A model generated the notes under the pieces. That model was not told the origin of the DNA. It ran no database searches and saw nothing but the letters and a program-made list of their open reading frames with translations. Below are positions 36,984 through 46,433 of a stretch of 64,000 bases of DNA, piece by piece. Positions within the stretch are counted from its first letter, which is position 1; every line of letters begins with the position of its first letter. The DNA comes from a virus, in the IMG/VR virus record IMGVR_UViG_3300027743_000002, positions 1 to 64,000 of that record; one strand, given 5' to 3'. The position numbers and the translations under genes were made by a program.

Positions 36984-37502
36984 ATGGCTCCACCAATTAA
37001 TTCGATATACGCAAAGTATGTCACCAAGACAGATAACTATACGCTCACCTTCTCGGATGATGTGGCGACTTTTACCATTGCGACCGCAAAGACCGCCACG
37101 TTGCCGAAAGCGGGAACGTGTACGGTGATGTCGGGGCAGAACCAGAAGCAGATTATTAACTCTGCAAACTCCAGCGACACGCTCACGATAGCAGTGCAGA
37201 GCGGGGATACGTTGGTGGGTATCGGCTCACTGGCGGTAGGTCAGGAAACCATTGTTACGTCCAACGGCACGACTACATGGACAGGCTTTGGCGGCGGTGG
37301 TGCAGCAGGCACATCGGGCTATTCAGGGCCAAGTGGATTCAGCGGCTACAGTGGGCCTTCTGGTTACAGTGGCTACACAGGAGTCAGCGGCTTCTCCGGT
37401 TACACGGGAGTCAGCGGATTCTCTGGCTACAGTGGAGCGAGCGGATTTAGTGGCTACTCTGGATACTCTGGCAAGTCTGGATTCTCTGGATTCAGTGCGT
37501 AG
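36984..37502 (+). CDS. Gly-(F/Y)-Ser repeat protein, paralog B
   Basis: MAPPINS domain plus about 21 uninterrupted G-X-S/T triplets; SD AGGAG. Confidence 0.8.
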   Translation: MAPPINSIYAKYVTKTDNYTLTFSDDVATFTIATAKTATLPKAGTCTVMSGQNQKQIINSANSSDTLTIAVQSGDTLVGIGSLAVGQETIVTSNGTTTWTGFGGGGAAGTSGYSGPSGFSGYSGPSGYSGYTGVSGFSGYTGVSGFSGYSGASGFSGYSGYSGKSGFSGFSA

Positions 37503-37512
37503 AGCGGTGAAC

Positions 37513-37542
37513 GCGGGGTGGTTTCACACACTGCCACCCCGC
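37513..37542 (+). terminator. GC-rich hairpin
   Basis: gcggggtgg / ccaccccgc, 9-bp perfect stem; no U tail. Confidence 0.45.
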
Positions 37543-37565
37543 ACTAATACTCGGAGGTCACTCCT

Positions 37566-37883
37566 ATGGCGACAAGCGCAGCTCCATTTGGTACAGCACT
37601 AGAGATAATTCGTTCCGTTACAACCACCACTATCATTACTGATGGGGCAACTAACCTTGTGACATCTCCGTCAGGCGGAGCGAAGACCGTCACGCTCCCA
37701 TCTATTGCCAACATGATTGCCAGTCAAAACCTGCTAATTTTTATTAACAACGCATCGGGTGGAGGCGGCAACATTACCGTGGCGGCAGCAGGGAGTGATG
37801 TCATCATCGGGCAAACAGCCGTAGCGGTAGCAACGGGCGTAACCTACAGACATGATGGCCGTTCGACTTGGTATTCCACATAA
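37566..37883 (+). CDS. Small virion protein related to the N-domain of the repeat proteins
   Basis: KTVTLPS..INN..NITVAAAGSD.I.G..DGRSTWY. Confidence 0.65.
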   Translation: MATSAAPFGTALEIIRSVTTTTIITDGATNLVTSPSGGAKTVTLPSIANMIASQNLLIFINNASGGGGNITVAAAGSDVIIGQTAVAVATGVTYRHDGRSTWYST

Positions 37884-37892
37884 GGCAACGAT

Positions 37893-38279
37893 ATGACCTC
37901 GACATCGCAGAAGTTTTTCAGCGAAGTTTGTTCATTAACAGAGCGCACGCCGACAAGCGTAGCGTCGTTGATGATTGCCGCAGGCTATGGCAGGGAGAAA
38001 GATGCAAACAACGACATCACGACCCAACCGTCATTAGATGGATTCATTGGTTCACAGTGTTTCATTATCCCGCAGACTGCAGGCATTTATATAGGCCACG
38101 ATCAGTATGTCTCGAACACGGCGTTGAGTGGGCCACCAAGAATGTATAAAGGGGTTCCCGTAGCAAGTGGCGATTCCTACAACGTGGTGAATCCTATGCG
38201 TGGGATAGTGGATGCGAATGCTATTTGGTTATTCTCGACCACGACGCAGGAAATTGGGATCGTCTTTGTGGCAACGTAA
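37893..38279 (+). CDS. Hypothetical virion protein
   Basis: 128 aa, operon position. Confidence 0.6.
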   Translation: MTSTSQKFFSEVCSLTERTPTSVASLMIAAGYGREKDANNDITTQPSLDGFIGSQCFIIPQTAGIYIGHDQYVSNTALSGPPRMYKGVPVASGDSYNVVNPMRGIVDANAIWLFSTTTQEIGIVFVAT

Positions 38280-38308
38280 TTTTCAAGGGCGCACAACAGC
38301 CCCATGAT

Positions 38309-38348
38309 GGCGCGGTATGCGGTCTTTCGTTCCGTGACCGCGCCTTTT
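38309..38348 (+). terminator. Intrinsic terminator
   Basis: ggcgcggt..accgcgcc followed by TTTT. Confidence 0.55.
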
Positions 38349-38362
38349 AGTTTAATTAGCTC

Positions 38363-40729
38363 ATGTCACAGCAAATAATTGAAGCAATAAATACACCGAG
38401 TGTCTTTCAGTTTGAAGGCGACACTGCGGAGTTGCGGCTATATCCCACGCAGTCCTTCCTTACTTCAACAGGGCAAATGATGGGGCAAGGCTCTCCTTGG
38501 AATACCGAGAGTTGGTATCTACCTGTTACTTGTGATGTTCAACCTACGGGCATCCTCTACGTTCCTTCGTTTGAGATTCCCTCAACCACTGACGGACAAC
38601 CACGAACTTCTAAGTATGTCGCGGCGTTGTTTGATGAAGGCGGGGCGTACGTCGGGCCGTTCCCGTTGATGAACCCGAATGGGTTTGCCGTTCCCCCAAC
38701 GAGTCTGATGCCTTCCCCGACTTGGGGACAGTTACAGATTTACAACCGACTCCCGACCCTACTTTATCCACCACAGACATTTCCTACACGAGATGAGATG
38801 TACGCGGCGATTGCAGAAGCAATTAGCGATGAGTGGGTGCGTTCATCTGCAACAGTAGTCGGAGCAACGGCTTTAAGTGTCGATCCTACGTCTCCTGTCT
38901 TTCCCATTGCGTTAGGGATTAACGATCCGAGCTGGTTGGAGCTGTTAGCGACAATTCTCGGTGGCAGGGGGTTCTATTTTCTATCAAACTATGCGAGTCT
39001 AGCAGCGGCGGTGACAGACATTGGGGTAACGCGGGCCACCCTTCTTATTGACTCAGTGGCGGCAGTTGCTTTAAATCTCACTATCCCCGCAAACATTACA
39101 TTGTTCTTTACTAACGCGGGAGGAATACAACCTGCTAACAGCGTTACTGTAACGGTTCTTGGGTCAGTTACCGCGCCACCCTTCAAGATTTTCTATAATG
39201 CTCTCAGCGGGCAAGGCACAATCGCCTTTACCGCCAACAAGGTTTTGACTGATTTCTACCCTGAGTGGTGGGGAGCAGGGATTGGACTCGTGGCGGCGAC
39301 CAACGCAACAGCGATGAACGCCTGCCTAACCGCCATTGCTACTGGAATTAGTGGCACGATGCACCTTGCTACAGGCACTTACTCCTTTGACGCTACTCTG
39401 GTAGTTGGGTCAACCACGGGTGGAGGCGATGGTTTAGGCAGCTTTACCACCATAAATATAGCGGGTACGAGTGGGCTTGTTGGTACTAGCTTGTCGTGGG
39501 CAGGCGCAACCAATCTTCCGGTTATTAAGATAACGCGAGGACGTTTCAATCACTTCACTGATTTCCGTTTGACCAATGCTGGAGTAAGAGGTACGACAGT
39601 TGGTGTTCTGGAAACTGGCCCCGCTGTTTCGATGCAGACTCACGGCACTCATTATGAGCGAGTATCTATCAATGGATTTGGGAAGGGTATCGAATCGGGT
39701 GACGCGAGTTTCCCTGGGGGAACAGCCAGTGAGATGATGCTCGCGGAACGGGTTGAATTTGTTGATTGTACCTATGGTTGGTATGCAAGTTCAAACTTCA
39801 ATTCGCTTGGTTTTACTTTCATTAGTTGTGTTTTCCAAGGTTCTGATTACGGTATTTATACAACTACGGGCTACCAAGTCACGCTAACCAGTTGTGGGGG
39901 TGGACAAAACGACGTTGATATTCATGTTAGCGGCAATGGCAATGTCCTTAACGTGAATGGGTGGGATTCAGAGCAAAGTGTAGTGTTTCTAGAACTCGCT
40001 AACGACGCTACGGCTAGGATTAGTTCTGTAACATTGCGGAGCTACACGCAGACAACCGCTAACAGCACCGGCATTATCTACCCAGGGACAAGTTTTCTAT
40101 CTATTGATGGACTGTATCAAGGGCCGAACGGTACGAGTTCGGGATCGACCGGCCCACACTTAATCATTCTGCAAAACGCGCCTCCTAAATTAGTTCTAAA
40201 AGATATTTACACGACAGATGCTTATCCGTTCTTTCTAAACCCTGGAGACAGCGGTGGGGATGGAACCTATTACAGCGTAGAAAATTGTCGGGTAATAGAT
40301 AACACCAGCGCAGCGGTACTAAACACCATTAACTATGAACGTGGGCGCGTAGTTTGGCCTGGTAAGTTATCAAATGAAATATTGTTGCAATCCACAAAAA
40401 CGGTGGACATGAATACCGCAACGGCGACGACGCTATTCACTAATTCCACGGGCCGAACTTGCGTAATCACCAAAGTAATTGTTCGCAATGCTTCCACGTC
40501 ACTGACGACTGCGAGTTATTCCTTTGGTTGGAACTCGGCGGCGTTTGACGATGTGATTGCTAACGCTACTCACACCGAATTAACAGGTAGTACGCTACAA
40601 ACAATCTTGCTTCCCAAAGCTGGACAGAAGCTAGGGGCATCGGCGGGAACTTTCAAGGTGCTAATGAATACACTTCAGGGCGGAGCAGCAACCGCCACAA
40701 TGGATGTCTATGGATACTTCGCTTCATAG
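38363..40729 (+). CDS. Tailspike-like protein with pectate-lyase-type beta-helix
   Basis: YPEWWGAG..MHLATGTY..beta-helix repeats; C-domain shared with the 43054 gene. Confidence 0.7.
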   Translation: MSQQIIEAINTPSVFQFEGDTAELRLYPTQSFLTSTGQMMGQGSPWNTESWYLPVTCDVQPTGILYVPSFEIPSTTDGQPRTSKYVAALFDEGGAYVGPFPLMNPNGFAVPPTSLMPSPTWGQLQIYNRLPTLLYPPQTFPTRDEMYAAIAEAISDEWVRSSATVVGATALSVDPTSPVFPIALGINDPSWLELLATILGGRGFYFLSNYASLAAAVTDIGVTRATLLIDSVAAVALNLTIPANITLFFTNAGGIQPANSVTVTVLGSVTAPPFKIFYNALSGQGTIAFTANKVLTDFYPEWWGAGIGLVAATNATAMNACLTAIATGISGTMHLATGTYSFDATLVVGSTTGGGDGLGSFTTINIAGTSGLVGTSLSWAGATNLPVIKITRGRFNHFTDFRLTNAGVRGTTVGVLETGPAVSMQTHGTHYERVSINGFGKGIESGDASFPGGTASEMMLAERVEFVDCTYGWYASSNFNSLGFTFISCVFQGSDYGIYTTTGYQVTLTSCGGGQNDVDIHVSGNGNVLNVNGWDSEQSVVFLELANDATARISSVTLRSYTQTTANSTGIIYPGTSFLSIDGLYQGPNGTSSGSTGPHLIILQNAPPKLVLKDIYTTDAYPFFLNPGDSGGDGTYYSVENCRVIDNTSAAVLNTINYERGRVVWPGKLSNEILLQSTKTVDMNTATATTLFTNSTGRTCVITKVIVRNASTSLTTASYSFGWNSAAFDDVIANATHTELTGSTLQTILLPKAGQKLGASAGTFKVLMNTLQGGAATATMDVYGYFAS

Positions 40730-40731
40730 GA

Positions 40732-41853
40732 ATGACTCGGAGAATAACTGAAATGAAAAAGTTCTTAGTGTTACTATTTGCGATCCTTACGAGCGTTTCC
40801 GCAAGTGCCCAAACGTCTGGTATCAACGCTAAACGTATTTTCTCCGGTACAGCAGTGCCAACGATGAACTGCTCACCTGGGCCGTCCTATCGAGATGTGT
40901 ATATTCGTACCACCACAAATGTTGTGTATCAATGTACGGCCGCACCTGCTACGTGGACTGCGGTAACAACAGGTGGCTCTCCAGGTACAGTCACGAGTGT
41001 TACAGGTACGGCGAATCAGATTGACGTGGCTACCGGAACGACCACGCCTGTCTTGTCGCTGCCTTCTGCGGTAACGATGCCTGGCACGCTGACGATGACA
41101 GGTCAGATTTTTAGCGGAGACGGAACTAATACTGCCCCTACTTTTGCCAATTCAGTACGAACAAATTCAGGTCTTAGAATTTCCACTTACTATCCGGTGC
41201 TCACCGTCAATGGCACGGACATAATGGGTATTTCCAACTCAGCCGGAGCAATTCTAAAAAGCGACCAACCGTTTGGGTGGTCAGACGTTGGTGGCGCATT
41301 AGCAGGGGGCGCAGCGGACACTAGAATAAGTAGAAACGCCGCAGGCATCGTGCAAGTTGGCACGACTGCCAACAACGCTTCTGGTTCTCTACTAGCTACT
41401 AACGCAACCTTTAGTGGGACGCTTACTAACTCAGGAATTGCGTCTGACGCGGCAACTACTAACAACACAGTCTGCACGACCACAACCACGAATGTCTTTA
41501 CGAAGGGCAGTGGAACTGCGGGTATTTGCCTCGGCACGTCAGGAGCTAAATTCAAGCAGAACATGTTGCCACTGAACATGGGACTGAATCAGGTCATGGA
41601 CTTACGCCCGATTAGCTACAACTACAAGTCGGGGTACGGTTACGATCCGAATAAGACCTACTATGGCTTCACTGCTGAATCAGTTGCTCCCGTGATTCCC
41701 AACCTTGCCCCTAAAGACGTGAATGGCGCACCGCAGAGCGTTGACCTTGTGGGCATGATTCCCGTTTTGGTTCACGCAATTCAAGAACAACAAGCACAGA
41801 TTACAGTCTTAAAACAGCAAGTAGAAACCTTAAAGCACAAACGTAAGCATTGA
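40732..41853 (+). CDS. Fibre-like protein with signal peptide and C-terminal S74-type intramolecular chaperone
   Basis: MKKFLVLLFAILTSVSASA|Q (ATG 40753); SGAKFKQN..LRPISYNYK..YGFTAE..LVHAIQEQQ. Confidence 0.75.
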   Translation: MTRRITEMKKFLVLLFAILTSVSASAQTSGINAKRIFSGTAVPTMNCSPGPSYRDVYIRTTTNVVYQCTAAPATWTAVTTGGSPGTVTSVTGTANQIDVATGTTTPVLSLPSAVTMPGTLTMTGQIFSGDGTNTAPTFANSVRTNSGLRISTYYPVLTVNGTDIMGISNSAGAILKSDQPFGWSDVGGALAGGAADTRISRNAAGIVQVGTTANNASGSLLATNATFSGTLTNSGIASDAATTNNTVCTTTTTNVFTKGSGTAGICLGTSGAKFKQNMLPLNMGLNQVMDLRPISYNYKSGYGYDPNKTYYGFTAESVAPVIPNLAPKDVNGAPQSVDLVGMIPVLVHAIQEQQAQITVLKQQVETLKHKRKH

Positions 41854-41878
41854 CACCCTATAGGCGTAGGCGTAGCAT
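41850..41878 (+). promoter_or_regulatory. Sigma70 promoter with repeats in the spacer
   Basis: TTGACA-17 nt-TAGCAT; spacer holds palindrome CCTATAGG and TAGGCG x2. Confidence 0.7.
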
Positions 41879-41889
41879 GGTTGGCGAAA

Positions 41890-42060
41890 ATGTCCTATTC
41901 AAGTAAAACCATCTCGCTTCACGACGACACTTGGGCGGCTCTAGAGCGTCTTAAAAAAGAGTTCGGTTCGTATAACAAGGTTTTGAAGGTAGTGTTAGTG
42001 CTCTTTGAGACAGGTTCAAAGGTTAGCAAGCGAGACAAAAAGAAAGAGGAATTAAAATGA
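41890..42060 (+). CDS. Ribbon-helix-helix-like DNA-binding protein (56 aa, not in ORF track)
   Basis: MSYSSKTISLHDDTWAALERLKKEFGSYNKVLKVVL; ATGA overlap with the next gene. Confidence 0.6.
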   Translation: MSYSSKTISLHDDTWAALERLKKEFGSYNKVLKVVLVLFETGSKVSKRDKKKEELK

Positions 42061-42656
42061 AGGCTCTTTTGCTCGTACTCGCACTTGCTACTCCAATCTT
42101 TGCGCAAGAATCCAACGTCCACGTATCCGGCGTTATCGGAACGAACGCCAATCTTGGCTTTGCTAATCCGATGTATGGAGTCTCAGGTGGCGGAGACTTC
42201 CGCGTTAGTAATAAAGTAGTTCTCTCTGCTGATGGTTCTGTCCTACGGTTAAAGAAGAACGTAGGAGGCTCAGGCTACCAAGTTACCGCTAAGGAGACAG
42301 TAAGAGTCTACCTGACGAGAAAAGCCTTTGTGCAAGCCGCTACGCGTCAATGGAAGTATGACGTGCGAGACTTTGGCAAGTCAGGGATTGAGATAGGTGG
42401 CGGTGGTGGGTTCATGTGGGAAGGTGAGGATCAGGCGGGAGTCTTTGCAGTAAACTATCTTCACAATGTTTATGAGGTACAGCGACCGAGCGGGGTAGAT
42501 TCCAAGCAGCAGATTGTGGATGGAGAGTTGAGGTTCTATTTTAAGAAGCACATCTTTCTCTCTCCGCGAGTGGCGGTCTCAAGGTTCAAGTCGGGGGGCA
42601 CGAGCATGACGGGAGCAAGTTTTACGTTGCAGATTGGACTGTGGAAGAAGCTGTGA
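42057..42656 (+). CDS. Putative outer-membrane beta-barrel protein
   Basis: Signal peptide MKALLLVLALATPIFA; alternating amphipathic strands; C-terminal FTLQIGLWKKL. Confidence 0.65.
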   Translation: MKALLLVLALATPIFAQESNVHVSGVIGTNANLGFANPMYGVSGGGDFRVSNKVVLSADGSVLRLKKNVGGSGYQVTAKETVRVYLTRKAFVQAATRQWKYDVRDFGKSGIEIGGGGGFMWEGEDQAGVFAVNYLHNVYEVQRPSGVDSKQQIVDGELRFYFKKHIFLSPRVAVSRFKSGGTSMTGASFTLQIGLWKKL

Positions 42657-43054
42657 GAACACTTTTAATCTTCATCAGCATCATCCTCTTGTTAGGGGTT
42701 GGAGTTTATGCCCAACAACAAGGAACGCTCGTTTGGGACTCAAAAGGGGCGAACACCACGATTGCTGCCCCTGCAACGGGAACCTTTACGTTTCAGCTAC
42801 CTGCTAAGTCAGGGACGTTTGCGTTAGTATCAGATATTCCCGCCCCGCAGCCTCCGACTACACCTGCTCAGACGCAATACTTCGGCACCGTAACGCTGGT
42901 GAATGGCTCAGGGTCGGTAACTTTCGCCACGGCGATAAGTGGTTGTCGGGTTTCAGACCGTAGTGGAAACTCGGTGAAGTACGGGCCTACCGCTAATGCA
43001 ACCATTTGGCAATTCTCTGGTGTAGGGCCAACTATTGATTACGAATGTCGGTGA
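42653..43054 (+). CDS. Secreted small beta protein
   Basis: GTG start overlapping the stop; signal peptide ..GVYA|QQ; LPAKSGTFALVSDIP fibre-type motif. Confidence 0.6.
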   Translation: MRTLLIFISIILLLGVGVYAQQQGTLVWDSKGANTTIAAPATGTFTFQLPAKSGTFALVSDIPAPQPPTTPAQTQYFGTVTLVNGSGSVTFATAISGCRVSDRSGNSVKYGPTANATIWQFSGVGPTIDYECR

Positions 43055-44160
43055 TGCAAATGAAGAAGCTAATTCTAGTTCTCGTACTTCTGTGTGCTTG
43101 CGTAGGGAGTGCTTATTCTCAGGCCAGAACTGCTAGTAATTATCAAACCGCCCCGTTTTCGCAACTAACATCTGACCTTCCTTCCGCCACCGTTCGTGTC
43201 TGTATTAACTGCCAAGCAAATGCGGCTACGGGTGTGTGTGAAAGTGGCGTGTACCAGATGGTTGCCACAAGACTAGATAACGCGTGGAAGTGTACGAAGT
43301 ACGATCCGAACGAGAACGGCGGTGGTATTTGGGGTTCAATTACGGGAACGCTCTCTAATCAAACCGACCTGCAAACCGCCTTAGACCTGAAGACGCCTAC
43401 ATCGCGCACTGTTTCCACGTCTAGTCCACTTGGGGGCGGTGGGGCTTTATCGGGCAATCTTACGCTAACTTGTGCTACGTGCGTCACCAGTGCTGCTAGC
43501 TTGACCTCTACGGCGTTAGTAACGGGAGCAGGAAGTCAGGGGTCACAGACTCCTGCGGCGACCACCACGCTCGATTCTAGTGGGAATATTTCAACGGCAG
43601 GTACGTTAGCGACGGGCGTTGGCGGGGCAGTGGCAGGAAATATCGGATTAGGCGAAGGTACGTCCACCTCAGTAGCGGCTGACACTGTGCAGTTACAGGG
43701 TGCGGCAGCAATTACGGGCTACAACGTAGTGCTCCCTGCCGCTGCGGGTGACGGACTAACTTTCAATACTAATTCATCCAATGTTGTCACACAGACCTTT
43801 GTAACCGCAGAAACAGTCTTAGCATCGGCGGCTAGTGTTGACCTGAATACCGCAACCGCTCAAACCTTATATACGTGCCCAACGGGTAAGACGTGTGTGA
43901 TTACTCGTGTTGTTGTTCGGGGTGCTTCTGCTTCCCTGTCCACGGTTAGTTTTTCGATTGGGTGGAATAGTGCGTCGTTCAATAACGTGGTGGCGGACGC
44001 TACTCATACGGAACTAACGGGTAACACCCTTTACACGATTCTTCCGGCCAAAGCGGGAGCAACTTTGGGCACTTCGACGGGCATCCTCAAGCTCTTGAAT
44101 AACGTCCAGCAAGGCGGGGCGGCGACCTGTACCGTGGACGTAATTGGTTGGTGGTTCTAA
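43054..44160 (+). CDS. Secreted fibre-like protein
   Basis: MKKLILVLVLLCACVGSAYS|Q; WGSITGTLSNQTDLQTAL fibre motif. Confidence 0.7.
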   Translation: MQMKKLILVLVLLCACVGSAYSQARTASNYQTAPFSQLTSDLPSATVRVCINCQANAATGVCESGVYQMVATRLDNAWKCTKYDPNENGGGIWGSITGTLSNQTDLQTALDLKTPTSRTVSTSSPLGGGGALSGNLTLTCATCVTSAASLTSTALVTGAGSQGSQTPAATTTLDSSGNISTAGTLATGVGGAVAGNIGLGEGTSTSVAADTVQLQGAAAITGYNVVLPAAAGDGLTFNTNSSNVVTQTFVTAETVLASAASVDLNTATAQTLYTCPTGKTCVITRVVVRGASASLSTVSFSIGWNSASFNNVVADATHTELTGNTLYTILPAKAGATLGTSTGILKLLNNVQQGGAATCTVDVIGWWF

Positions 44161-44167
44161 TTCCCCT

Positions 44168-46342
44168 ATGACAACTCGCATCGCGCTACTGACACTCTCG
44201 TTGCTCATTGTGGTGGGAGCTATCGGCAATGGTCGGTATCTCTACGCGAAGGCTTATTATGCCGTGTTTGTACCTCAAACTTATTATGTACGGCCCGCAG
44301 GGGGAACTTCAGTACAGTGCACTGGAAAAACTGACGTGGACTATGACGGTTCAGGAACCGGAGAAGCGTGCGCTTACGCTGCTCTCAGTACCGCAGTCTC
44401 AGCCATGACCTTTGGCGACATCACCAAGATGCAAAAGGGAGTGACGCATCAAGGTACGGTGGGACACTTTGGGGAACTCAGTCTCTCGGATAAAGGCACT
44501 CCACCCACGGGGACAGATGCGGATTACATGACCATCACTACCAATGATGAGTCAGGAACACCCGCAGCCCTATCTACCTATCCAGCAGCCAGAACCAGAA
44601 TCACTACCGCAATGGCAGCAGACATGCCCAAGGTTATCTGTAACGGCAGCACTCCTTTATTTCGGGTCGCCAACGGTAGTGAATACTGGAAGGTTGAACG
44701 GCTTAATATCACTAATGATGCAGCTAACGGCTGGCAAACGATTGTTTTTGTCAACAATGATGACCCTGGGCCAGCGACTTTAGCTGCGGTTCCCGATCAT
44801 ATTATCTTTCAATACAACTGGATTCATCCGGCAGAAGAAACAGGAACGGATTTAGATATATCAAACGATGATCGTAGTGCTGAGAACGCTCTCTATCTGA
44901 TAGCAGAAGACCTGACTATTCAGTACAACGCAATTCAGGGATTTGTCGGTAAGGTTCGGTATGGTGGAGATGCTGGAACGCGCATGACCTCGGCAGGCTT
45001 ATTGATTACTGCCTACGCCGCGAATGTGTTGATGCAGTATAACCTCGTGGAAGCGTGGACGTATGCCTTCTTTGCGGGTGGCTCCAGTATGCCTAGTTGG
45101 GCAGTCACAGAGAGCAGTACTATCTCATCTTGCGCTTCCCAAACAGTCTGCACCTTTAACAGTGTAACTGGTCTTAATGTGGGCGATCCCGTAGCTGTGC
45201 GAGTGAATAGTGTAAGCACTTGGGGTGCAGCTTATGTGAAGACTATCGTGGGTAACATAGTTACTTTTGAGGGTGATGGACTTTGCCACTCTTATGACGG
45301 CAATAATACCTGCGTGCAGATAACAACGAATCCAATTCCGGCCAGTGGAGACTTAATTTGGTGGAACGGAACACAGCCACACGACATACTTGTTCGGCGC
45401 AACGTCTTTGCTCATTACCCTTCGTGGACAACGATAATGACTGACTGTGGAGGTAAGGGGTACATGGAAGTCAAAGCCTGCGTGGACTGTGTGTTTGATG
45501 GCAACATCTTCACGGGCTGCACGGGGCCAACCGTGACCGTCAGAAACCAAGGAGGAGATTTTGTTTGGGCGAGTCTGGATGGCCTGACCTTCAGCAATAA
45601 CATCTGGGAAGACACAAACCGAGTTTTTACTACCTTTCTCCGAGATACTTCTCCGACTCCTAAATCTCAAGACGTGACCTTTACGAACAACTTGTACTTG
45701 GGAGTTGTCGGCAATACTGACTTCTTTCCAGGGGGTGAGTTGTCAGGGAACACGGGTGGAGGTATCAACACTATCTTCACTCATAACACGGTCGCTTGGA
45801 ATAAAGACCATCAACCAGGGATGGGTTTGAGTGCGTGGCACGACTACATTAACTTCAAGCAGGGAACGGTGAATGGGTATGTTTACTCAAACACGATGGA
45901 TGGGTTGATTATTCGAGACAACATCATTCCTATCGGGCAGAATTCTTGCTTCATAGATGGGGGTGGTATCGGGACTACAATTACTCAGTGTTGGCCGGAC
46001 GCGACGGTCACGAATAATGTCTTTCTGAATGTCGATGGGTGGTCAACGGAGAATGTCAATTCGTTTTGGGCAACCTTCTACCCCTCAAATACCTACATTA
46101 CTTCGTATAGCACGGTGAGCTTTATCAATCCTTCTTCGACTTTGGATTCTACAGGAAACTACAAGCTGTCGAATTCGAGTCCTTACAAGAACGCGGCAAG
46201 TGACGGAACGGATATCGGAGTGAACTGTGGGCCACTAGCTAGTGCTTTGGGCTTCACTCCCACTCAATGTACGGGGACTGACAGCCGTACTGCTATCGTC
46301 AGTGGGAAGGTCACGGTCGGGGGAAAAGTAATTCTTCATTGA
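44168..46342 (+). CDS. Secreted or membrane-anchored parallel beta-helix protein (polysaccharide lyase-like)
   Basis: Hydrophobic N-terminus; TYYVRP; Asn-ladder repeats; YKLSNSSPYKNAASDGTDIG. Confidence 0.7.
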   Translation: MTTRIALLTLSLLIVVGAIGNGRYLYAKAYYAVFVPQTYYVRPAGGTSVQCTGKTDVDYDGSGTGEACAYAALSTAVSAMTFGDITKMQKGVTHQGTVGHFGELSLSDKGTPPTGTDADYMTITTNDESGTPAALSTYPAARTRITTAMAADMPKVICNGSTPLFRVANGSEYWKVERLNITNDAANGWQTIVFVNNDDPGPATLAAVPDHIIFQYNWIHPAEETGTDLDISNDDRSAENALYLIAEDLTIQYNAIQGFVGKVRYGGDAGTRMTSAGLLITAYAANVLMQYNLVEAWTYAFFAGGSSMPSWAVTESSTISSCASQTVCTFNSVTGLNVGDPVAVRVNSVSTWGAAYVKTIVGNIVTFEGDGLCHSYDGNNTCVQITTNPIPASGDLIWWNGTQPHDILVRRNVFAHYPSWTTIMTDCGGKGYMEVKACVDCVFDGNIFTGCTGPTVTVRNQGGDFVWASLDGLTFSNNIWEDTNRVFTTFLRDTSPTPKSQDVTFTNNLYLGVVGNTDFFPGGELSGNTGGGINTIFTHNTVAWNKDHQPGMGLSAWHDYINFKQGTVNGYVYSNTMDGLIIRDNIIPIGQNSCFIDGGGIGTTITQCWPDATVTNNVFLNVDGWSTENVNSFWATFYPSNTYITSYSTVSFINPSSTLDSTGNYKLSNSSPYKNAASDGTDIGVNCGPLASALGFTPTQCTGTDSRTAIVSGKVTVGGKVILH

Positions 46343-46359
46343 GTGTTATAATTCATTTA

Positions 46360-46432
46360 GGGCTGTGTGATTCGGGGGAGACCTTGTAGTGCTAGAGGTA
46401 ACACTACGGGGCTTGGAGAGCGCGGCCCTACT
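46360..46432. terminator. Long structured element between convergent operons
   Basis: Outer gggctgtg/cgcggccc stem, inner ccttgtagtg/cactacgggg stem. Confidence 0.5.
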
Positions 46433-46433
46433 T

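Noticed and set aside
504-46000. Numerous minus-strand ORFs inside + strand genes, and + strand ORFs within 46.4-60.4 kb
   Set aside because: Shadow frames without SDs or motifs; HNH 25459-26001 is the exception
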